Source: an uncultured virus (IMG/VR IMGVR_UViG_3300033121_000366) (taxonomy: Duplodnaviria > Heunggongvirae > Uroviricota > Caudoviricetes). From it: DNA of 64,000 bases. Shown piece after piece: positions 59,183-64,000 of this stretch (the first letter of the stretch is position 1; each line of letters begins with the position of its first letter). The notes under the pieces were generated by a model. It ran no database searches and had not been told where the DNA came from. It worked only from the letters and a program-made list of their open reading frames with translations. The stretch lies in the IMG/VR virus record IMGVR_UViG_3300033121_000366. One strand, given 5' to 3'. The translations under genes and the position numbers were made by a program.

Positions 59183-59896
59183 TTATTTTAAAACTAAAAT
59201 TTTGTCTGTTTTTAATATTTCACATGGTTTAACTTCTAGTTTTTCACCATCTCTAAATACTATCATTGAATGATCATTTGTCATTATTATTTCTTTACCA
59301 GACTTTGTTTTTAATTTCCATTTAGATTTATTAACTTTGTGCCTTATAATTTTAGATACTTCAACTTCTTTTATATCATTATTTTTAGTATAATTTAAAA
59401 CTTTAAATGAAGTATTTTGTACAATTTCATGACCAAAAGAATCTATTATAAAACCTTCAAGTTTAGAAAATTCTTCCCATATAAACCAGACTGGTAATTT
59501 AATATCATTACTAATATTAATCAATGTATCAAAATTCACACTGTCGGTATCACCATATTTAACAGCATCACCTGTTAATTGATGTAACACTTTTATACCT
59601 AGTTTATCATGCAATTCTTTATCTAAGTGCCATTTTTCTTTAAAGTAATTATTAATGGAGTTAATAGCATACATTAATAAATCTTGACCTTGTGTAGTTA
59701 TAGCTTCTGCTACATCTGTATTATAACATTGAAAATATTGATTACCAATAGCACCATATGCAGAATTAATAAAAATCTTTAATGCCATTTGTAAATTTTC
59801 ATTATCATCTTTAATTTTTTTTAATCTTATTATTTCTTGTTTTATTTCATCTATCGATGAATTATTGGGGTCTATATTACAATATTTTAATTTCAT
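59183..59896 (-). CDS. gp43: DNA polymerase B (gp43) middle fragment fused to split-intein N-half
   Basis: K.FINSAYG motif B, AEAITTQGQ, YGDTD|SV intein start. Confidence 0.93.
   Translation of the reverse strand: MKLKYCNIDPNNSSIDEIKQEIIRLKKIKDDNENLQMALKIFINSAYGAIGNQYFQCYNTDVAEAITTQGQDLLMYAINSINNYFKEKWHLDKELHDKLGIKVLHQLTGDAVKYGDTDSVNFDTLINISNDIKLPVWFIWEEFSKLEGFIIDSFGHEIVQNTSFKVLNYTKNNDIKEVEVSKIIRHKVNKSKWKLKTKSGKEIIMTNDHSMIVFRDGEKLEVKPCEILKTDKILVLK
59186..59542 (-). mobile_element. split intein N-half (119 aa, Ser1) of gp43
   Basis: SVNFDTLI, IIRHKV, block B MTNDHS. Confidence 0.92.
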
Positions 59897-59906
59897 ATTA
59901 ATTTAA

Positions 59907-59940
59907 TAAAAAATAGGGAGTAAAAAATACTCCCTATTTT
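59907..59940 (-). terminator. rho-independent terminator-like hairpin
   Basis: AAAATAGGGAGTA/TACTCCCTATTTT. Confidence 0.8.
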
Positions 59941-59953
59941 ATTTAAGAAAACA

Positions 59954-60781
59954 TTATTCATCATCACCAGTAACCGCACCAAATGATATATTTGTTTCAG
60001 TTTGTGAACTTTTAAAGACTATTTTACCATCATTAATATAAATTTTATATTCCTCTTTATCCAAATATTTTAAATAATCCTTTTGGATAGTAATACTTGT
60101 ATTTGGTTCTGATACATCAACCGACGTATCACATTTCCATTTACTATTTTTAGTAATAAAGAATAATTCATTATCATCTTGATCACCGACCAATTTAATT
60201 TCTATATTTGATCCCTTTTCAACCGATGTAATCAATTCTAATTTTTTAAGATGAATAGTATCAAAATCGAAAGAAAAATTACTATCATCTGTATGAAATA
60301 CTTTATCAAGTACATCATTTGCTATATGTTTAAATAGTTTTTTACTGGAGCATTTAAAATTGTAATTTAAATCTTTATTATAAACATTTACAGATGTTGC
60401 AACATATTCATCCTCATCATCTTTTTCATAGAAAATATCTAAAAACACATCAGTAGAACCCTCTGAAACTATACCAATCATCTTTATGAAAGTTTCTACA
60501 AAATAAATGCCAATTTTAATATTTTCTGTTATAGGTGTTTCTTTATCATCAAAGTCAAAAATATCTACCAAATTTAAAGAACCTACTTTTACAGCTGCTC
60601 TATTAGCGGTAAATGATTTGATAACTATTGTATTATTAGTTTTTAATTCTAATAAAGCATTTGCTTCAACAACTATAAATTTTTTCAAAAAATCCATAAA
60701 TGTTGAAGCACTTAGGATATTAAATGTAAGTTGTTTTGTTGTGTTTACTTGTGTATTTTTTGCCATTTTATGGACTTTCAA
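59954..60781 (-). CDS. probable sliding clamp (gp45-like)
   Basis: Size, acidic beta-rich two-domain pattern, position next to gp43; no diagnostic motif. Confidence 0.55.
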   Translation of the reverse strand: MKVHKMAKNTQVNTTKQLTFNILSASTFMDFLKKFIVVEANALLELKTNNTIVIKSFTANRAAVKVGSLNLVDIFDFDDKETPITENIKIGIYFVETFIKMIGIVSEGSTDVFLDIFYEKDDEDEYVATSVNVYNKDLNYNFKCSSKKLFKHIANDVLDKVFHTDDSNFSFDFDTIHLKKLELITSVEKGSNIEIKLVGDQDDNELFFITKNSKWKCDTSVDVSEPNTSITIQKDYLKYLDKEEYKIYINDGKIVFKSSQTETNISFGAVTGDDE

Positions 60782-60803
60782 TATAGTTTAACAATTTATA
60801 AGT

Positions 60804-60832
60804 ATTATACTGTTTGAGTATGTTTTTGTTTA
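60804..60832 (-). promoter_or_regulatory. early/middle-type promoter TAAACA-N17-TATAAT
   Basis: Recurrent motif with fixed spacing. Confidence 0.65.
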
Positions 60833-61456
60833 TTTTTTTATTATTTGCATCAAGTTAGATATATTTTGGCATTTTTCATATTCTTCTATTTTTAGGAAAT
60901 AGTCCATCATATCGTTTAAAATCTCTAATTGTTTTTCTAAATTTCCTGTATAATTTATAGTATTATTACCTCTTCTGTAAACTATAAAATTTTCCAGTAT
61001 CTCATCTGTAGTTTTACCAGTTTCAAATAAAAGATAATTAGCTTCTTTTATTATATCTTCTTTTAGCTTATCATCATTATTCACATCTTCTTTTTTAGTT
61101 TCGCTTTCATTTCTTCTTTTTTGTATACGATCATTAATATCATCATCTTCATCTTCATAATCATAATCATAACTACTATCAAACTTCTTATCATCCATAA
61201 AGAATTGTGGTGGTAATTCTTCTTGATCTGCTATTATACAAGGACCAGCTATAGGATAATTAAATAGTACACTTGCCGTTTCGTTATATCCTAAATCAAG
61301 TTTATGACCTAATTTATTTACAAAAATCCATTTATCACCAACAAATGATATATCAATTAAACCGCCCAATATATCGGATATTTCATATAATGTGAAGAAA
61401 TCTTTTTCTGGATTCAATCTTCTTTTTTTACCATCAGGTGTTATTATTATACCCAT
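60830..61456 (-). CDS. DUF3846-like N-terminal domain plus UVR-like C-terminus
   Basis: FTL.E....GGLI...N..AS....IAG; EEYEKC. Confidence 0.55.
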   Translation of the reverse strand: MGIIITPDGKKRRLNPEKDFFTLYEISDILGGLIDISFVGDKWIFVNKLGHKLDLGYNETASVLFNYPIAGPCIIADQEELPPQFFMDDKKFDSSYDYDYEDEDDDINDRIQKRRNESETKKEDVNNDDKLKEDIIKEANYLLFETGKTTDEILENFIVYRRGNNTINYTGNLEKQLEILNDMMDYFLKIEEYEKCQNISNLMQIIKK

Positions 61457-61480
61457 AATTATTTAATTATTTTAAAAATA

Positions 61481-62884
61481 TTAAAAATTAAAATCTGGAA
61501 CTTCAACATCTTCTTCTATATCATCGTCTGTTGGTTTAAATATTTCTATATCATCAAGATGTTCGAAATCCTCATCGTATATAGTCATTATTGACTTGTC
61601 TTTTGTATGTAATTTTGTAGATAATGTTTTAACAAAATTTTCTTTTTCCTTATATTCTATTTTCTGATTGTTAATTAAATTAATATATTCAGTTATTTTT
61701 AATGATGTAAGACGTAACTCATCTTCATTTAATTTTCTGAGTTTAATATCATCCAATCTTTTTCTGATATCATCCGTATATTTATTTAAATATAAATCTA
61801 TATCATTTTCCATTAAAGGTTTATTAGTTTTCTTTTGAAGATTCATCCATGTTAAATATTCAAGTTTAGCTTCTAGAAATTTTAATTCTTTTATATTTAA
61901 TTTTAAATTAAAGTTTATACATTCTAAATATAAATGTTCATTTTTAATTTTAAAATCTTCTAAATAATTTTCAACAGAATCATATTCTAAAACAGTTTTA
62001 TCTTTTATAAAAACAATATTTTCTCTTATTATTATTTTTGTAGCTTTTATTATTTTTTCTTTAATAAGAGTCCATTCAGAATTTTCTATTTTATTAGAAA
62101 CATTAATAATAATATCAACATTACTTTTACTATTATTATGTATAGTATAATCAATATCAGTTAATATTTTATCAATTTTTTTTACAAGTAATTGATATTT
62201 CATTAGAGGTGGTATAGAATGTATGTGAATTGTTTTTTTACTATCTATAATTTCTACATTACCTTCTAATAACCATGCATTATCTAAATTATCATATTTC
62301 TGAATATTACCATCAAAATCTTTAAATGAAGGTATTAATTTTTTAATTTTACCTGATAGAAAGTTTTGAATATCCTTTAAACTTCTTGGTAATATTATTG
62401 TACTATATCCAACTGCTATACCTATAGTTGGTAGTAGAAGTCCTATTGGTATATCTATACCTATTGGTAAATAGGATTCATCTTCATCCTTTTTATTCAA
62501 GAATTTAAATTTATTTATTAAATTTTGAACTGTTGGGTTAATTTTAACAGCAGTATATCTAGCAGAAGCAGCCTCTTGCGTTATTTGGTTTCCAAAAAAA
62601 CCATCACCTATTAATAAAGATTCAGAGCAATCATAAGGTTTTGCTAATCTGGCAATAGATTTTTCTATCGAACTGTTGCCACTATGATATCCATCAGCTA
62701 TACAATTACCAACTACACTCAATGTTTTAGATGTATTTGTTGGAGAATTTAATAAAATTATTCTTTGAACTGGTGTTAATGAATCATAAAAATTTGGTAT
62801 ACCACGTGAAGTTAATGTATGTATAGCATATTCTTTATAATCATTATTAATGAAATTTGTTATCGTTCTTTTTTTAACTGTCAT
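61481..62884 (-). CDS. gp52: type II topoisomerase medium subunit (gp52/GyrA-like)
   Basis: R.IP..YD.LTPVQR, YHSG, G.FG, ASARY active-site Tyr, GIAVGY. Confidence 0.9.
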   Translation of the reverse strand: MTVKKRTITNFINNDYKEYAIHTLTSRGIPNFYDSLTPVQRIILLNSPTNTSKTLSVVGNCIADGYHSGNSSIEKSIARLAKPYDCSESLLIGDGFFGNQITQEAASARYTAVKINPTVQNLINKFKFLNKKDEDESYLPIGIDIPIGLLLPTIGIAVGYSTIILPRSLKDIQNFLSGKIKKLIPSFKDFDGNIQKYDNLDNAWLLEGNVEIIDSKKTIHIHSIPPLMKYQLLVKKIDKILTDIDYTIHNNSKSNVDIIINVSNKIENSEWTLIKEKIIKATKIIIRENIVFIKDKTVLEYDSVENYLEDFKIKNEHLYLECINFNLKLNIKELKFLEAKLEYLTWMNLQKKTNKPLMENDIDLYLNKYTDDIRKRLDDIKLRKLNEDELRLTSLKITEYINLINNQKIEYKEKENFVKTLSTKLHTKDKSIMTIYDEDFEHLDDIEIFKPTDDDIEEDVEVPDFNF

Positions 62885-62916
62885 ATTTTTAATAATTATA
62901 GTATTTCAATTTAAAA

Positions 62917-62945
62917 ATTATACGTATTTCAATTTAAAATGTTTT
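62917..62945 (-). promoter_or_regulatory. early/middle-type promoter AAAACA-N17-TATAAT overlapping a tandem duplication
   Basis: Variant of the recurrent motif. Confidence 0.5.
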
Positions 62946-62965
62946 ATGAAAAATGAAAATTAGAG

Positions 62966-63622
62966 TTATATTATTTTCAATCTCTTAATATAGCAATTAT
63001 AATATATCATTTTATCATCAATACCTTTTATAATATATTGTTCTTTACCCTCATATAAATTATCATCTTCTATCAAGTTAAAATGTTCTTTTATCATACA
63101 TATTACATCTAATTTATCATTAAAATTAGATATTAACTCTCTACATTTTTCTTTAGATGAACAATATGCTGAATATTCCACAGTTTTTTCAATCCAAGGA
63201 TTATATTTTTCTATATCTAATCGATATATATAATTTTTTACTTTTATTTTATTTATTTCTTTTAACTTTTCTATTTTATCTAGAATATACTTATAAATAT
63301 AAGGACAACGTGTTGGCAATTCTGCTAATCCTGTACCTAAACCATCTTCTGGTATAACAACATTTGCATCGACAGGTATTCTATCAAATGCTTTATCTAT
63401 ATAAAAACAGGCCTCGAATATATCATTATTACTGAAAAATGAATCTTCTGTCCAAGAAGGTTTTCTTTTTGTTGGAATACCTATGGCATTTGGTTCTCCT
63501 CGCATTTCTGCTGCTTGACCACCCATACCAATTTCTAAAAGATTATCACCAAATAAAAAATATGTATCTGGTTCTTTCTGTAAATCTTGTCTATATATCA
63601 TTTTTCTGTATTCTACACTCAT
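62966..63622 (-). CDS. conserved phage protein, macro-domain-like N-terminus
   Basis: FLFGDNL..G.GGQA..RGEPNAIGIPTK, DGLGTGLAEL. Confidence 0.65.
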   Translation of the reverse strand: MSVEYRKMIYRQDLQKEPDTYFLFGDNLLEIGMGGQAAEMRGEPNAIGIPTKRKPSWTEDSFFSNNDIFEACFYIDKAFDRIPVDANVVIPEDGLGTGLAELPTRCPYIYKYILDKIEKLKEINKIKVKNYIYRLDIEKYNPWIEKTVEYSAYCSSKEKCRELISNFNDKLDVICMIKEHFNLIEDDNLYEGKEQYIIKGIDDKMIYYNCYIKRLKII

Positions 63623-63981
63623 GAAAATAATTCCTTTATAGATTGTTCTAATATTTTTTTAGAATTTTTAATTTGTTCTTTTAATTTTTCAAGATTATAA
63701 ATTACATCATTATTTTTAACCATTACCATTTTATTATTAATATTTGTAAATTTAATATTTGCAAATTTATCACAATAATCAAATGATAATAAATAACTTT
63801 TAAGAGATGCATGGTATTCAGAATCAGTTTTATGCACCTTTCTTTCAAAGAAAGGTTGATCAGAATTTCTTTTTAAATTAAGTAATTCTTCTAAAATATC
63901 TCTTTCAAATATCCAGAAAATATCAGGAGTACCTTGAACATAATATTTTAATCTAGCATGATTTAAAATACCACTTTTCAT
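63619..63981 (-). CDS. hypothetical protein
   Basis: ORF, ATGA overlap. Confidence 0.6.
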   Translation of the reverse strand: MKSGILNHARLKYYVQGTPDIFWIFERDILEELLNLKRNSDQPFFERKVHKTDSEYHASLKSYLLSFDYCDKFANIKFTNINNKMVMVKNNDVIYNLEKLKEQIKNSKKILEQSIKELFS

Positions 63982-64000
63982 CCAATTTTTAACATTATAT

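Noticed and set aside
39617..63624. Alternative-frame ORFs nested in larger genes (39617-39862, 43334-43645, 57501-57755, 63157-63357, 63439-63624)
   Set aside because: Fully inside better-supported genes, with non-ATG starts and no motifs

Overview
This AT-rich window comes from a large T4-like (jumbo-type) phage genome, and almost all genes lie on the minus strand. From right to left it holds: a replication/recombination module (gp52 topoisomerase, probable gp45 clamp, C-terminal half of gp43 polymerase, UvsX, gp41 helicase, gp46/gp47, a DNA methyltransferase); a late/head module (gp15-like, gp55 sigma, gp4, gp2, gp20 portal, candidate internal head proteins); a short plus-strand island (secreted T9SS-CTD protein, gmd, exoribonuclease); a tRNA region (14 tRNAs counting an isolated tRNA-Ser, one degenerate tRNA and two enlarged tRNA-like RNAs); and many small early-type ORFs. 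The most notable feature is three essential genes (gp44 clamp loader, UvsX, gp43) each fractured into two ORFs. Each pair carries the halves of a split intein with a free-standing Vsr-like endonuclease between them, and two of the inteins have very short N-halves (33 and 26 aa). Five endonuclease genes have a late-promoter-like ATATATA motif in or beside a hairpin at their start. The tRNA cluster also contains two mini-ORFs resembling portal and prohead-protease fragments. All calls come from motif recognition by eye; no searches were run.
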